A DNA stretch of 64,000 nucleotides, taken from positions 256,001-320,000 of the forward strand of contig JBMNLI010000012.1 in NCBI GenBank assembly GCA_050952645.1. Direction: 5' to 3'. The translations under genes and the position numbers were made by a program. Shown in pieces: positions 1 to 10,062 of this stretch (the first letter of the stretch is position 1; each line of letters begins with the position of its first letter). The notes beneath the pieces were generated by a model, which worked only from the letters and a program-made list of their open reading frames with translations, was not told the origin of the DNA and searched no databases. The stretch is from Bdellovibrionota bacterium. GTDB taxonomy: Bacteria > Bdellovibrionota_C > UBA2361 > CAKMMH01.

Positions 1-740
1 TTTATTAAAAAAACAATAAAAATAATTGACTTACCAAGCAAGCAAATTGGACGCAAGAAAAATAAAAATGGGACTACTTATATTTATTACAGGTATAATT
101 TTCTTCGTGAAAACGGGAAAACTACGTTTGACGAGACAGGTATAGGGAAGTTAGATGAGAGTGGTAAAAAATTAATTCCTAATAGGAATTACTATGATTT
201 TTTTCCAGATGATTCTGATAAATATATTGTAAGCAATAAATCTTTTGGTCTTACTTATGTTTTAAATAAGATTGTAAAAGCTTTAAGACTAGACAAGACA
301 CTGTCTTCAATTTTTGGAAATGATGCATACGATATTTTAACTTTAGCATTTTATATTTTAGCAAATGGAAATGTAGTATCGCATGCTCAAAGTTGGATAG
401 ACGAGAGTGTTTTACCATATAAAATTTCTAAATTAACAAGTCAAAAAATAAGCCGTCTATTTGAACGAATTGACGATGAAAAAAGACTTGATTTTTTTTA
501 GAAATTGACGAAGCAACATTTAGCTCAAGAATGTTGGTATTATGACGTAACTTCAATATCTTCTTATAGTAAAAAAATAAGCATATTAGAGTTTGGTTAT
601 AATAGGGATATGGATAAATTACCACAAATAAATATAGGTATCTGCTATGGCTCTACGACGAAGCTTCCTTTATTTTATCAAGTTTATAATGGCAGTATTA
701 CAGATAAGACGTATTTTAGTTTTCTTTTTGATTTATCATC
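1..740 (+). pseudogene. IS1634-family transposase fragment (N-terminal part, in-frame TAG at 499-501, C-terminally truncated)
   Basis: Frame 1 is open from the window start (…LIPNRNYYDFF…LTSQKISRLF…). After the TAG it continues with YYDVTSISSYS…EFGYNRD…LPQINIGICY…LPLFYQVYNGSITD, which are typical IS1634 motifs. The right boundary is approximate. Confidence 0.8.
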
Positions 741-1203
741 TGCAGATCTAATTTTTGATAGTAATGGCGATGTTATAGGAGTGAAAGTTCGTGATGATGC
801 AAAACAGTTTGAACTTTGGGAAAAAAGTATTGCTTCATTATTAGGATTAGGAAATGCAATCAATGAATATTTAGAATATGGAGTGGAGAAAGCCTCGCTA
901 GAAATTGAACGAAAGGCAAACAAAATACGAGCTGCAATAATGAGGAATCAGAATATTTATCTATTCGGTAAAGAAAAATCAAGGTCTGGAATTGCGTCAT
1001 TTTAGTTAAAAGACCCTTCAAAAGAAGTGGAAATAAAAACAGTATTGGAAACAGAAAATATTGTTGTTGCTTTAGTATGTAATTGGGATTGTCCGATTTT
1101 TTTCCCAGATAATGGAAGTAAGTTTGTGTTTAGATTTTCACCGCATTATTACACAGACGACCAAGATGTTAAAACCATTTGCTCCTTTATAGATCAAATT
1201 TGA
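741..1203 (+). pseudogene. C-terminal fragment of a class V PLP aminotransferase (cysteine desulfurase-like), with in-frame TAG at 1003-1005
   Basis: DDAKQFELWEKSIASLLGLGNAI…SGIASF*LKD…FRFSPHYYT..D matches the aminotransferase V C-terminus (A.rFE…, sGIvsF, R.SpHyYn). No PLP-lysine region is present. Confidence 0.65.
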
Positions 1204-1435
1204 TGGAGAGATATTGTCCTGCCTCTTTATTTACTTCACAAAACTATATTATATTAATACTATAGATTTTTTAACTTAAAATTTTCGCTTTTACAGAGTT
1301 TTGTTGAACCTATATAGTTTTTACTAACATCTTGCAATAACTTGTTTAATTATATAAAATACATTTTAAGTTTTGTTTTTAAATAAATTTATTTTTTTAA
1401 AACTTCTAATAAACTTCTAATAAAGGAGATGGTTT

Positions 1436-1831
1436 GTGTTTACACTTCTAATAATTTTTCATATCTTATTATGTCTAGCCTTAATATTTTTAGTTTTACT
1501 ACAACAGGGCAAAGGAGCAGATTTAGGCGCAGTATTTGGAAATTCAAACTCTATTTTTGGAACTAGTAGCGGTGATAATATAGGAAAAATTACCACCACT
1601 TTAGCTATAGTTTTTATGCTTTCATCAATCTTACTAGTAAGAGGTTTTATTGCTCAAGCTCAAGACCCTAATTTTATAAAAGTAGATAGTGCTAAAGTTA
1701 AAGATATTAATAAAAATGTTATGGAAGGTTCAGTCTTAAATAAGATTAAAATCGATGATAACGCTGTAAATGAAGCTTTAACTAATAATTCTTTAACTAA
1801 TGAAGCTCCTAAAGAAGATACGACTAAATAA
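1436..1831 (+). CDS. secG: Preprotein translocase subunit SecG
   Basis: LVLLQQGKGADLGAVFG motif, two TM helices, AAGGAG RBS, followed by tRNA-Leu(GAG) as in conserved secG-leuU synteny. Confidence 0.95.
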   Translation: MFTLLIIFHILLCLALIFLVLLQQGKGADLGAVFGNSNSIFGTSSGDNIGKITTTLAIVFMLSSILLVRGFIAQAQDPNFIKVDSAKVKDINKNVMEGSVLNKIKIDDNAVNEALTNNSLTNEAPKEDTTK

Positions 1832-1927
1832 ATAGCCTTCCTTTCAAGTTTTAATTTGGTTCTCTTTTAATTCGGTTAAAAAATAATTCGGTTAAAAAAT
1901 TTAGTAAATAAATTAAAAATAGTTCGT

Positions 1928-2010
1928 GCCTAGGTGGTGGAACGGTAGACACGCTGGCTTGAGGGGCTAGTAAGAGCAATCTTGTGAAGGTTCAAATCCT
2001 TTCCTAGGCA
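1928..2010 (+). tRNA. tRNA-Leu (anticodon GAG)
   Basis: GCCTAGG/CCTAGGC acceptor stem, CTGGC-TTGAGGG-GCTAG anticodon arm, long variable arm and GGTTCAAATCC T-loop. CCA is not encoded. Confidence 0.95.
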
Positions 2011-2057
2011 TTTTATAGTATTTTATAATAGACTAATATTTATAGAGAGATAAAATT

Positions 2058-2999
2058 ATGACAGCACTAATAACTGGTGCTAGCGGTTTCGTAGCACAAC
2101 ATCTAATAGAATTATTGACTTCACAAGGTGAAAACATTATAAAAACCTCTTTAGAGAGTGAAAAAAAAGACGATACTAGTGTTGCTCTAGACGTCTTGAA
2201 TTTTGATAATTGCTTAGATGCAATTAACGAGCATGCACCAGATGTTATATACCATCTTGCAGGAATTGCAGCTCCTAGAGTTTGTGAAAACGATTTTAAA
2301 CTCGCTTTAGATGTAAATGTAAGAGGTGTTTATAATATCTTAAAAGCTTCTGAAATTTCAGAAAAGAAAATAAGAGTCATCATCATTAGCTCTTCAGAGT
2401 GTTATGGAAAAGTTTCTAAAGATTTAATGCCGATAAAAGAAGGTATGGTTTGTAGCCCAGCAAATAACTACGGGCTTTCAAAATTAATGGCAGAAAATGT
2501 TGCAAAAAAATTCATGAGTTATTCTAAAAATAAAAACTTAGAATGCGTCATAGCAAGACCATTTAATCATATAGGACCTAAACAAAGGTTAGGCTTTGTT
2601 GTGCCAGATTTTTGCGCTCAAGTTGCAAAAGTAGCAAAAGGAATACAAGAACCAGTAATATCTGTAGGCAATTTAGAGGCTATGCGTGATTTTACAGATG
2701 TTAGGGATATCGTAAAAGGATACTACTTACTAAGTAAACAAGGAAGCGGAGTTTACAATCTATGTTCAGGAGAACCTAGAAAGATTCAAGAGATTTTAGA
2801 TATTTTGCTTACTTTTACAGATATGAAAATAGAGGTTAAAAGAGATGAAAGCAAGATGCGTCCATCCGATGTTCCTTTATTTATTGGTGATAATAGTAAA
2901 ATTAAATCAGAGCTTGGTTGGGAAAATAAGATACCTTTTAGCCAAAGTATAAAAGATGCTTATGAGTATATTTTTAATAATATTGAACTATATAAATAG
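2058..2999 (+). CDS. NAD-dependent nucleotide-sugar reductase/epimerase, GDP-4-keto-6-deoxymannose reductase (Rmd)-like
   Basis: GASGFVA, YGLSK, RPFNHIGP.Q, GNLEAMRDFTDVRD and RPSD motifs. Confidence 0.8.
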   Translation: MTALITGASGFVAQHLIELLTSQGENIIKTSLESEKKDDTSVALDVLNFDNCLDAINEHAPDVIYHLAGIAAPRVCENDFKLALDVNVRGVYNILKASEISEKKIRVIIISSSECYGKVSKDLMPIKEGMVCSPANNYGLSKLMAENVAKKFMSYSKNKNLECVIARPFNHIGPKQRLGFVVPDFCAQVAKVAKGIQEPVISVGNLEAMRDFTDVRDIVKGYYLLSKQGSGVYNLCSGEPRKIQEILDILLTFTDMKIEVKRDESKMRPSDVPLFIGDNSKIKSELGWENKIPFSQSIKDAYEYIFNNIELYK

Positions 3000-3099
3000 T
3001 AGTTATTTTTAGCTAGTCGATTTAGCTTTTTAGTAAAATTTTAAATGCAATATAGCTATTAAAAATAGCTGTTAAAATAGCGTCTGTAAATAATACCCC

Positions 3100-3206
3100 C
3101 CCTATTTAAGAAACGATAAATACAAATCTTTAAGCAGTCTTTAAGCTAAGTTTTTTTAGGGGCTCTTTTAAAAAAACTTAACGTACGTAAACCTAGGGAA
3201 AAGTTT
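3100..3206. repeat. Degenerate half-copy of MITE family A
   Basis: …CTCTTTTAAAAAAACTTAACGTACGTAAACCTAGGGAAAAGTTT resembles the right half of 20455-20656. Boundaries are approximate. Confidence 0.5.
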
Positions 3207-3226
3207 TTTTCGGGGAGAGGGGCTAC

Positions 3227-5176
3227 TTAATTTATAGCGTCAAAAATAAATCTTTGTTCTCCTAATGAATAACCTCTAAGTCTAACTTTGAGAGTTCCAT
3301 TTATAGATATATTTTTTAATTCTTCTTTGCCTTTTATAGGAACGATGCCCCATTTTGAAAACCCACTAACTTCAATAAATAGCTTGCCTTTCTTTTTCCT
3401 TACTACTGCTCCTTTAAATTCCTTACCTGTAAGGGCGAGATTTCTAGTAAGCATATCTAAAAAATTTAAAGTATAATACTTAATACCGTAAGTTTTTATT
3501 TGTCTATTTAATTTTGCTACCATTTTTTGAATTTCTTTAGTACTATAACTTTTACCGAAGTTTTGAATTATATTTCTAGCTTGTATTTGATTTATTATAC
3601 CAGCTGCTAAGCGTCCTTTATTATCGCAATAGCTAGGAACATTTAAAAACGCATGCCCTCTGTTTACATTATCATAGTTCGATCTCTTAAAAAAAGCGCT
3701 TATTATATAGTTTAGTATTTTTTCAACCCCAGATGTGTCTTGACCGTGAGCTATTCTCGCATCGAAACACATATTTTGTAGTGTAGTTAAAACTTCATAT
3801 AACTTATCAGGAAATTTAAATATATCGCTATTGGCATCGATTCCTAATTTTTCCAATTTTGATATTATTTCTTTTCTCTTACTTATAGTTAAAGTTTTTT
3901 GAACTTTAAATATGGCTTTTTTTGCTTTATATTTATTTAAATACTCTGCGAAACTTACTTTAGTTTTTATCATGATCTCACTTATTATATCATTAGCACT
4001 TATCTTATTTTCATCTATCTTATTATTGTTTATATTTTTAGCTTGTTTATTATTATTATTGTTATTGTTATTGCTGTAGTTATTGTTTTTCCCATTAGAA
4101 ACGGCAAGTCTTTCTGCACGTAGCAGTGTAGCTATATTTGAAAGTAAAACTATTTCTTTAGATGTATAACTTCCACTATCTATGCTTTCAATAGTTATCG
4201 CTTTGTGAACTTTTACTTTAGCTAAAAAAGGTTTTTCTAATATATTAGCTTTTTTATCACGCTTAATTTCGTATTTAAATATCCATGCTGGAGTAGTTTT
4301 ATTTAAAGAAAAATGCGACTCTTCAAGTTCAGCAAGTTTTCCTAGCGTTGAAATCCTACTTTTTGAACCATAAATTGTAGTTCCTAAATTTATCGCAAAA
4401 TCTCTCTGCTTTCCTCTAGGTAAAACTAAATAACTTATGTCTGTTATAGCGACTGTAAGCCTAAAAGTATTATCGTCTATTTTTTCTACGAAAAAAGCAT
4501 CTTCAGCATCATTAGTGCCTTGTGCATCGATGGAAACAAAGGGGATTTCTGAAAGATCTTTAAGTCCATCATTTAATTTCTCTCGCTCGCTTAAAAGCTT
4601 ACTTGTTATAGTAGGCTCTTCTCCAAAAAATTGTTTTTTTATTAAATCTATAGTTTCTAAGTCTTTATTAGTTAAAAGCTCTTGGTTTTTAAAGAATCTT
4701 GAAAATAAATTTCTTATGCCTTGGTAGCCTTGTTCTCTTTGAATTATTACTTTCACTGAAAATCTTTTTTCATAATCTTCGACCCAGCGTTTTAGCGATT
4801 CTTCTTTTTCACGTGGCACATACATCCTAAAAAATATTAGTGCAAGTGAGCCTCGTTTTAATCTGATTTTAGTTTTATTTAATTTCTTTTCTAGTATTTC
4901 AACACCGATAGGTACTGTTCTTTTAGCATCTTCAAAAAGAATATCATTTCTACTATGCGAAAAATTAGCTTTAGAAAGTGGAGTGTTTTCTGTTATTTTA
5001 TTTTTATCTACACTATTATCTCCACTTTTATCTTCTCTATTATCTTCTCTATTATCTTCTCTATTATCTTTTCTATTATCTTTTCTATTATCTTTTCTAT
5101 TATCTTTTCTATTATCTTCTCTATTATCTTTTTCTTCTTTTTCTTTTGGTTTTAAATTTTCAGCTTTTATATCCAT
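3227..5176 (-). CDS. RNB-domain (RNase II/R-like) protein with C-terminal S1-like domain and divergent catalytic motifs
   Basis: FVSIDAQGTNDAEDAF…LTVAITDIS…GTTIY motif order of the RNB domain; C-terminal FKGAVV…LFIEV. Confidence 0.75.
   Translation of the reverse strand: MDIKAENLKPKEKEEKDNREDNRKDNRKDNRKDNRKDNREDNREDNREDKSGDNSVDKNKITENTPLSKANFSHSRNDILFEDAKRTVPIGVEILEKKLNKTKIRLKRGSLALIFFRMYVPREKEESLKRWVEDYEKRFSVKVIIQREQGYQGIRNLFSRFFKNQELLTNKDLETIDLIKKQFFGEEPTITSKLLSEREKLNDGLKDLSEIPFVSIDAQGTNDAEDAFFVEKIDDNTFRLTVAITDISYLVLPRGKQRDFAINLGTTIYGSKSRISTLGKLAELEESHFSLNKTTPAWIFKYEIKRDKKANILEKPFLAKVKVHKAITIESIDSGSYTSKEIVLLSNIATLLRAERLAVSNGKNNNYSNNNNNNNNKQAKNINNNKIDENKISANDIISEIMIKTKVSFAEYLNKYKAKKAIFKVQKTLTISKRKEIISKLEKLGIDANSDIFKFPDKLYEVLTTLQNMCFDARIAHGQDTSGVEKILNYIISAFFKRSNYDNVNRGHAFLNVPSYCDNKGRLAAGIINQIQARNIIQNFGKSYSTKEIQKMVAKLNRQIKTYGIKYYTLNFLDMLTRNLALTGKEFKGAVVRKKKGKLFIEVSGFSKWGIVPIKGKEELKNISINGTLKVRLRGYSLGEQRFIFDAIN
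5029..5130. repeat. 12-bp tandem repeat, about 8 copies (encodes DNRE/DNRK)
   Basis: TCTT(C/T)TCTATTA units read directly from the sequence. Confidence 0.95.
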
Positions 5177-5746
5177 TTATGAATTGTAGCTCCAATATAA
5201 ATTTTGTCTTACATATATTTTATTAGCAAATGCTAAAATAGCAGAGTGAGCTACCTCTGATAGGGGAGTAGGTGTATACACATAAGAGCTATCGGTGAAA
5301 ATTCTAGTTAGGAAACATGCTTTTAAGTTATTTTCAAGTTCTTCACAAAAAAAATTGTAAGCCCTAGAGGTTTCATATTGCATCATTTGCAATCTTAAAA
5401 GCTTAGCAATTTCAGATATCGTTAAAACTTGTTTAAAAATATTTATTACGAATAAATGTATGATTTGCTCTCTATAATACTTTCTATTTACGGGAGCGCT
5501 TATAACTTTTTGTTTTACATAGTTGTTTACCATGGTGCTAGTTAGCATCTTTTCATCATTAGGAACCGAAAAAACTAAAAGATGTTTATCTAGAAACTCT
5601 ATAACTTGCTTTACGTACATTCCAAAGTTAGGGAATTCATCATAGCGAGGGCATTTATAATTTACTAATTTTATTGCAATTTCTGATTTTTCAAATTCTT
5701 TTTTCATAATTCTTATTATATGAAACTTTTTAAATAATTCCAACAT
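5177..5746 (-). CDS. DUF1836 domain protein (putative HTH regulator)
   Basis: P…MYVKQVI…LTSTMVNNYVKQKVISAP..RKY…H…I..FKQVL.I.EI pattern. Its stop abuts the RNB start (TAAATG). Confidence 0.85.
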   Translation of the reverse strand: MLELFKKFHIIRIMKKEFEKSEIAIKLVNYKCPRYDEFPNFGMYVKQVIEFLDKHLLVFSVPNDEKMLTSTMVNNYVKQKVISAPVNRKYYREQIIHLFVINIFKQVLTISEIAKLLRLQMMQYETSRAYNFFCEELENNLKACFLTRIFTDSSYVYTPTPLSEVAHSAILAFANKIYVRQNLYWSYNS

Positions 5747-5853
5747 CTATATCGTCTATAATATCTATTATGATATCTATTAGAATATCTCTTATGATAT
5801 CTATTATGATATCTATTATGATATCTATTATGATATCTATTATAATGTCTATA
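5746..5853. repeat. Imperfect 12-bp intergenic tandem repeat (ATATCTATTATG)
   Basis: About 8 imperfect copies read directly, between the divergent DUF1836 and dksA genes. Confidence 0.9.
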
Positions 5854-5918
5854 ATTTATAATTTATATTGATATTAATTGCGAGACTATATGAAAAAAAC
5901 TAAAAGTATTTTTACCTA

Positions 5919-5946
5919 TTGCATTTAAAAGTTTTTTAAATATAAT
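5919..5946 (+). promoter_or_regulatory. Putative sigma70 promoter for dksA
   Basis: TTGCAT-16 nt-TATAAT about 90 nt upstream of the start codon. The AT-rich background lowers specificity. Confidence 0.4.
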
Positions 5947-6033
5947 TAGCGTGTTTTATATGTATATATTTACATATATTTACATTGTAATTCTATTGTA
6001 GCTCTATTTTATTTCTTTGAAGGAGAAAGTTTT

Positions 6034-6441
6034 ATGAAAAAGCAAGATTTAGAAAAATTTAAAAAAAGATTAACTAATGAGCGTGAAAGAATTATGCAAA
6101 CTATGCAGCAAGCAAAGAGTTCTAAATCTCAACAAGAAATATCTAACACGCAATCTGGCGACCAAGCCGATATGGCTTCTGCTGAAATGGAACTAGATGC
6201 AATGTATCAAGGGGACCAGAGAGGGCACAACGCCTTAATAGATATTTCTGATGCATTAGAAAAAATCAAAGAAGGGACTTATGGCGAATGCGAAAGTTGT
6301 GGAGAAGAAATTTCAATAGCAAGGCTTGAGGTTAATCCAATGGCAAAACTTTGTGTTGATTGTAAATCTGCGGAAGAAATAAGAGAGAAGAAGTTTGCTA
6401 AAAGTGGCAATGCTCTTAGCTCATTTGATGATAGTGAATAA
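6034..6441 (+). CDS. dksA: DksA/TraR C4 zinc-finger transcription factor
   Basis: GDQADMA coiled-coil tip (DxxDxA); GTYGECESCGEEISIARL…LCVDCK. Confidence 0.9.
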   Translation: MKKQDLEKFKKRLTNERERIMQTMQQAKSSKSQQEISNTQSGDQADMASAEMELDAMYQGDQRGHNALIDISDALEKIKEGTYGECESCGEEISIARLEVNPMAKLCVDCKSAEEIREKKFAKSGNALSSFDDSE

Positions 6442-6500
6442 ATAATTAACTAATACTCTTGAAAAATTTTAAAAAATTAGTATATTATAAAAAGCTTTAT

Positions 6501-6572
6501 TGGCCAGTAGCCAAGCGGTAAGGCACTGGGTTTTGATCCCAGCATGCGTAGGTTCAAATCCTACCTGGCCAG
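6501..6572 (+). tRNA. tRNA-Gln (anticodon TTG)
   Basis: TGGCCAG/CTGGCCA acceptor stem, CTGGG-TTTTGAT-CCCAG anticodon arm and GTAGGTTCAAATCCTAC T-arm. Confidence 0.95.
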
Positions 6573-6578
6573 TTTTTA

Positions 6579-7616
6579 TTATTTATTTTTAATTTCTCTT
6601 AAAGTTTCAGGTAAATCTTTTAGCACTGCATGCAATCTTCTATGCTTCATAACAGGCACAATAGGGTATCCTGCGTAATCGCCTTTTTCAGTTAAAGATC
6701 TATCGACTACCGACCTTCCTCCAACTCTAATGCCATCTGCAATTTTCACATGGTCTGCAACTCCTACGCCTCCAGCTATAGTTACTTGATCTCCAATTTG
6801 TGTGCTTCCTGCAATGCCCGTTGCACCACAAATAATTGAAAATTTACCAATGTTTACATTATGCCCAATCTGCACTAAATTATCTATCTTAGTTGAATAC
6901 CCGATATGAGTACTCGAAACTGCCGCTCTATCGATACAAGCGTTAGCACCAACATCTACAAAGGAAGCTAATTTAACGTTTCCAACTTGCGGAACGGGTT
7001 TAATGCCCACTTGAGGGTCGGGAACGTATCCAAAGCCATCAGCGCCTATAACGGCTCCATTTTGAATTACTATGTTGTCTTGAAGCTCTGAGCCTTCTCT
7101 AATAACTGCTCCTGAGTGGATTATTACATTATTTCCAATTTTTACATTTTGGTAAATTATTACATTTGGATAAATTACTACATTATTTCCAATCGTCGTA
7201 TTATCACCTATAACTGAAAAAGCACCAAGCGAAAAATTTTCGCCAAGATTTACATTTTTGCCTATTTCTGCCTTTTCACTAATGCTTTTTATTGGTGTAA
7301 TCTCATCAAAGAAAAGTGGAATTATATCTAAGAAACCTTTATGTGCGTTTTTGCAAGTGATTACTACGAATCCTTCTTTAGGCGTTATATCGCACTTAAG
7401 TTCGTTAATTAGTAAAATTTTAGCTTTTTGCTTACTAATTGCCTCAAGGATTTTCTTTTCACTAGTGTTAGTAAAGAATGTTATCGAATCGGCTAGTTGC
7501 TCATCGAAAGATGATACTCCTGACACTGCTATATCGTTAGTGCCAAAAAGTTTTCCACCAACTTTTTCTGCAATATTGCTTGCCATTATCTTTATATTCT
7601 GTTTTTGTATATACAT
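6579..7616 (-). CDS. lpxD: UDP-3-O-acylglucosamine N-acyltransferase
   Basis: Hexapeptide repeats, IGADGFGY, IDRA, KIDNLVQIGHNV. Confidence 0.95.
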   Translation of the reverse strand: MYIQKQNIKIMASNIAEKVGGKLFGTNDIAVSGVSSFDEQLADSITFFTNTSEKKILEAISKQKAKILLINELKCDITPKEGFVVITCKNAHKGFLDIIPLFFDEITPIKSISEKAEIGKNVNLGENFSLGAFSVIGDNTTIGNNVVIYPNVIIYQNVKIGNNVIIHSGAVIREGSELQDNIVIQNGAVIGADGFGYVPDPQVGIKPVPQVGNVKLASFVDVGANACIDRAAVSSTHIGYSTKIDNLVQIGHNVNIGKFSIICGATGIAGSTQIGDQVTIAGGVGVADHVKIADGIRVGGRSVVDRSLTEKGDYAGYPIVPVMKHRRLHAVLKDLPETLREIKNK

Positions 7617-7686
7617 ATAATTTCCCCTTTATTTTTCTTTATTTATTTATTTTTTATATTTATTTATTATATTTATTTAAAAAATT

Positions 7687-8604
7687 TTATTTAGCTAATA
7701 AATCATTTAAATGCTCAATATATTTTTTCCTTGATAAATCTTTGCCATTTAAAACGCGCCATCTTTTGTGAAACCAAACCCATTGTTCGGGATACATTCT
7801 TATGTATTTTTCTAAAAGTTCGTTATACTCTCTAGCGATTTCCTCTTGTGTTAAATTAGGTTTTAAAAGATGTATGTAAAAATCGTAATGAGTTATATCT
7901 CTTCTAAAGTTAAACGCAACTATCGTATTAGTGTTATGTTTTACAGCCATTTTAATAAGGCTTGAAGGAACTTTAACTTCGTGGTTAAAAAACACACTAT
8001 CTAAACTTGAAACTTTCGTATGCTGGTCGATTAGCACTGCCATTACATGCTTTTTCTCTATTTCATTTAATATCTCTTTAGCTCCAGACCTTCCACCTCG
8101 CCATATGGTTTTAATTCCATAAGATCGCCTAATTTTTTCAATAATTTCTTGACCAACGACGAATTCTAATTTCTTTGCTGCCGTAGCGATTTTAAACCCT
8201 TTTTTTATAAAGTATGCAGCTAAGAGTTCCCAGTTTCCAGTATGTGCAGTAAGAACTATTGTGGCTTTATCGTTTTTTGCAACTTTTTCTAAAATGTTAT
8301 CTTCAGATTGATATACTGAAATATTCTCATCTTTTATATCGCTTAAATTAAAAGCCTCAAAAAAAGTTTGAGCGATATTCGCATAAATCTTGTATGGTGA
8401 AATTTCTTTTTTAAAAAAAACTTTTGACTGTAATTTAATAAAGAAATTTTCTCTTCTTAAAAATGGCGTTAATATGTATGCACCAAATCTTCCAATATAT
8501 ATGCGAAATTTTAATGGCAAAATGGACAAAACTTTAACTAATAAAATTGTTGTCGGTCTTATAATTGTAGTAAATAAAATAGTCGTAATTAAATTATTTA
8601 TCAT
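7687..8604 (-). CDS. Lipid A late acyltransferase (LpxL/HtrB family)
   Basis: TAHTGNWELL, LIDQ and PEQWVWFHKRW motifs; directly upstream of lpxD. Confidence 0.9.
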   Translation of the reverse strand: MINNLITTILFTTIIRPTTILLVKVLSILPLKFRIYIGRFGAYILTPFLRRENFFIKLQSKVFFKKEISPYKIYANIAQTFFEAFNLSDIKDENISVYQSEDNILEKVAKNDKATIVLTAHTGNWELLAAYFIKKGFKIATAAKKLEFVVGQEIIEKIRRSYGIKTIWRGGRSGAKEILNEIEKKHVMAVLIDQHTKVSSLDSVFFNHEVKVPSSLIKMAVKHNTNTIVAFNFRRDITHYDFYIHLLKPNLTQEEIAREYNELLEKYIRMYPEQWVWFHKRWRVLNGKDLSRKKYIEHLNDLLAK

Positions 8605-8616
8605 GTTATTTAATCT

Positions 8617-9795
8617 TTAAGTGTTTTCATTTATTTTTAATTTATCTAGATGCTTTCTTATAGAAATAAATTCTAAAAAGATTTCATAAAATAGCAATCC
8701 CATAAATATTCCATCTTTTACTACTGGTACACATAGAGATGAAAAAGAAGATGATAAAGAAGATTTATCGAAAACTTTCTTTACGGTTAAAATATTGCTA
8801 TTAGGTGAAACTTGCGCAGTGATTTTAGTCATAATTTCTTCGATTAAAGGATAGTCATTCATCACTTCGAGTTTAAAATGAATTAAAATTTCGTCTTTTC
8901 TTACAATCCCTATAATTTTATCGTTTACTAAGACGGGGAAAACTTTTTGTGGAAGTTTTATAATATCATCTATAATGCCATCTACTGTATCGGTAGGAGA
9001 TAGCGTTTTTAAGCAATTTTCAGGTGTCATAATTTTTTTTACTGAAAAATCTTTCCCAATGCTTTCAAGTTCTTTAAGGTTTTCTTTGTTTATTACAAAG
9101 TGTGTAAATGATAGAAAAAGAAAAGCATCTTCTATATTTTTAAAAAGGTAAGATAAGATATTAGGAAAACTTAAAGTCTGTTTAGATGTAAAAAATAAAT
9201 CGAGAGACGCCACTGTAGCAAAGTAAGTAAAAGTAAGAAAAATAATGATCGTCTTTTTTTTGAAATTTAAATTTTTATTATAATAAATTTGATTAGAAAA
9301 AATATTTACTAAAAGCAAAAAGATCGGATAAGAAAACGTGCGAAACTCAAGATTATTTGAATAAAGGTATAAGCATAAAATTACGCAAAATATTACATCA
9401 CAAATTAAAATTATAAGATTTGTTAAAAATGATTTTTTTAATTTAAAAGTGTTTAAAGAAACACTTTGAGTATTATTTTGAAAAATTCCAAAAGGATAAA
9501 TAACCGAGTTTTTCTTTTTAAGTAAACTTAGGATGACTTTGTAAATCGTATAAAATATAAAAACTGCGGCATAGCTTTTTATAAAATTAAAAAGCTCGCC
9601 ATTGCTTTCTTTACTAAGATTATAACTAAGATTATAATTTGAATAGTAAATTAAAGGCACTACTAGAAAAAAGAAGACCGATGAATTTATCTTTATTTTG
9701 ATATCTTTTATCTTTATGCTTATATTCCATAGATCATTGCTAAAATCATTGCTATTCATTTTGCTACTCATTTTGCTATTCATTTTGCTACTCAT
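8617..9795 (-). CDS. Multi-TM membrane protein with C-terminal CBS pair (degenerate site-2 protease-CBS architecture)
   Basis: Hydrophobic N-terminal half and CBS motifs VKKIMT…FPVL…IIGIV…IEEIMT…VPVV. No HExxH. Confidence 0.6.
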   Translation of the reverse strand: MSSKMNSKMSSKMNSNDFSNDLWNISIKIKDIKIKINSSVFFFLVVPLIYYSNYNLSYNLSKESNGELFNFIKSYAAVFIFYTIYKVILSLLKKKNSVIYPFGIFQNNTQSVSLNTFKLKKSFLTNLIILICDVIFCVILCLYLYSNNLEFRTFSYPIFLLLVNIFSNQIYYNKNLNFKKKTIIIFLTFTYFATVASLDLFFTSKQTLSFPNILSYLFKNIEDAFLFLSFTHFVINKENLKELESIGKDFSVKKIMTPENCLKTLSPTDTVDGIIDDIIKLPQKVFPVLVNDKIIGIVRKDEILIHFKLEVMNDYPLIEEIMTKITAQVSPNSNILTVKKVFDKSSLSSSFSSLCVPVVKDGIFMGLLFYEIFLEFISIRKHLDKLKINENT

Positions 9796-10062
9796 TTGTC
9801 AAAATCAACCCCATAAGAACGCTAGCTTGTTAACTAATTAAAAAAGTAATAATAGTTATGCTAGTATACGATAAATTCTTTAAATAAAGAAGCCTTAAGG
9901 CTCTTAATTCATTTATAAAAAGCATAAAGATTGCCACTTTAGATTTTTAACAAATACTTTTTATAAATACTTTTTATAAATACTTTTTATAAAGTCTATT
10001 TTTAATTATTTCAAAATATGGTAATCTTCTTCTTGATATTTTAGTTATAAGGAAAAAATTTT

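Noticed and set aside
1..1203. TAG readthrough or alternative genetic code suggested by two in-frame TAGs
   Set aside because: TAG is the normal stop for conserved genes here (accD, lptD, gmd, argB, folD), and both affected segments are truncated gene fragments.
4955..5226. Three hydrophobic plus-strand ORFs (IFSI/LLYY/LLSS repeats)
   Set aside because: They are antisense shadows of the 12-bp tandem repeat in the RNB gene.
5029..5853. CRISPR array
   Set aside because: The repeats are contiguous 12-bp units with no spacers, and no cas genes are present in the window.
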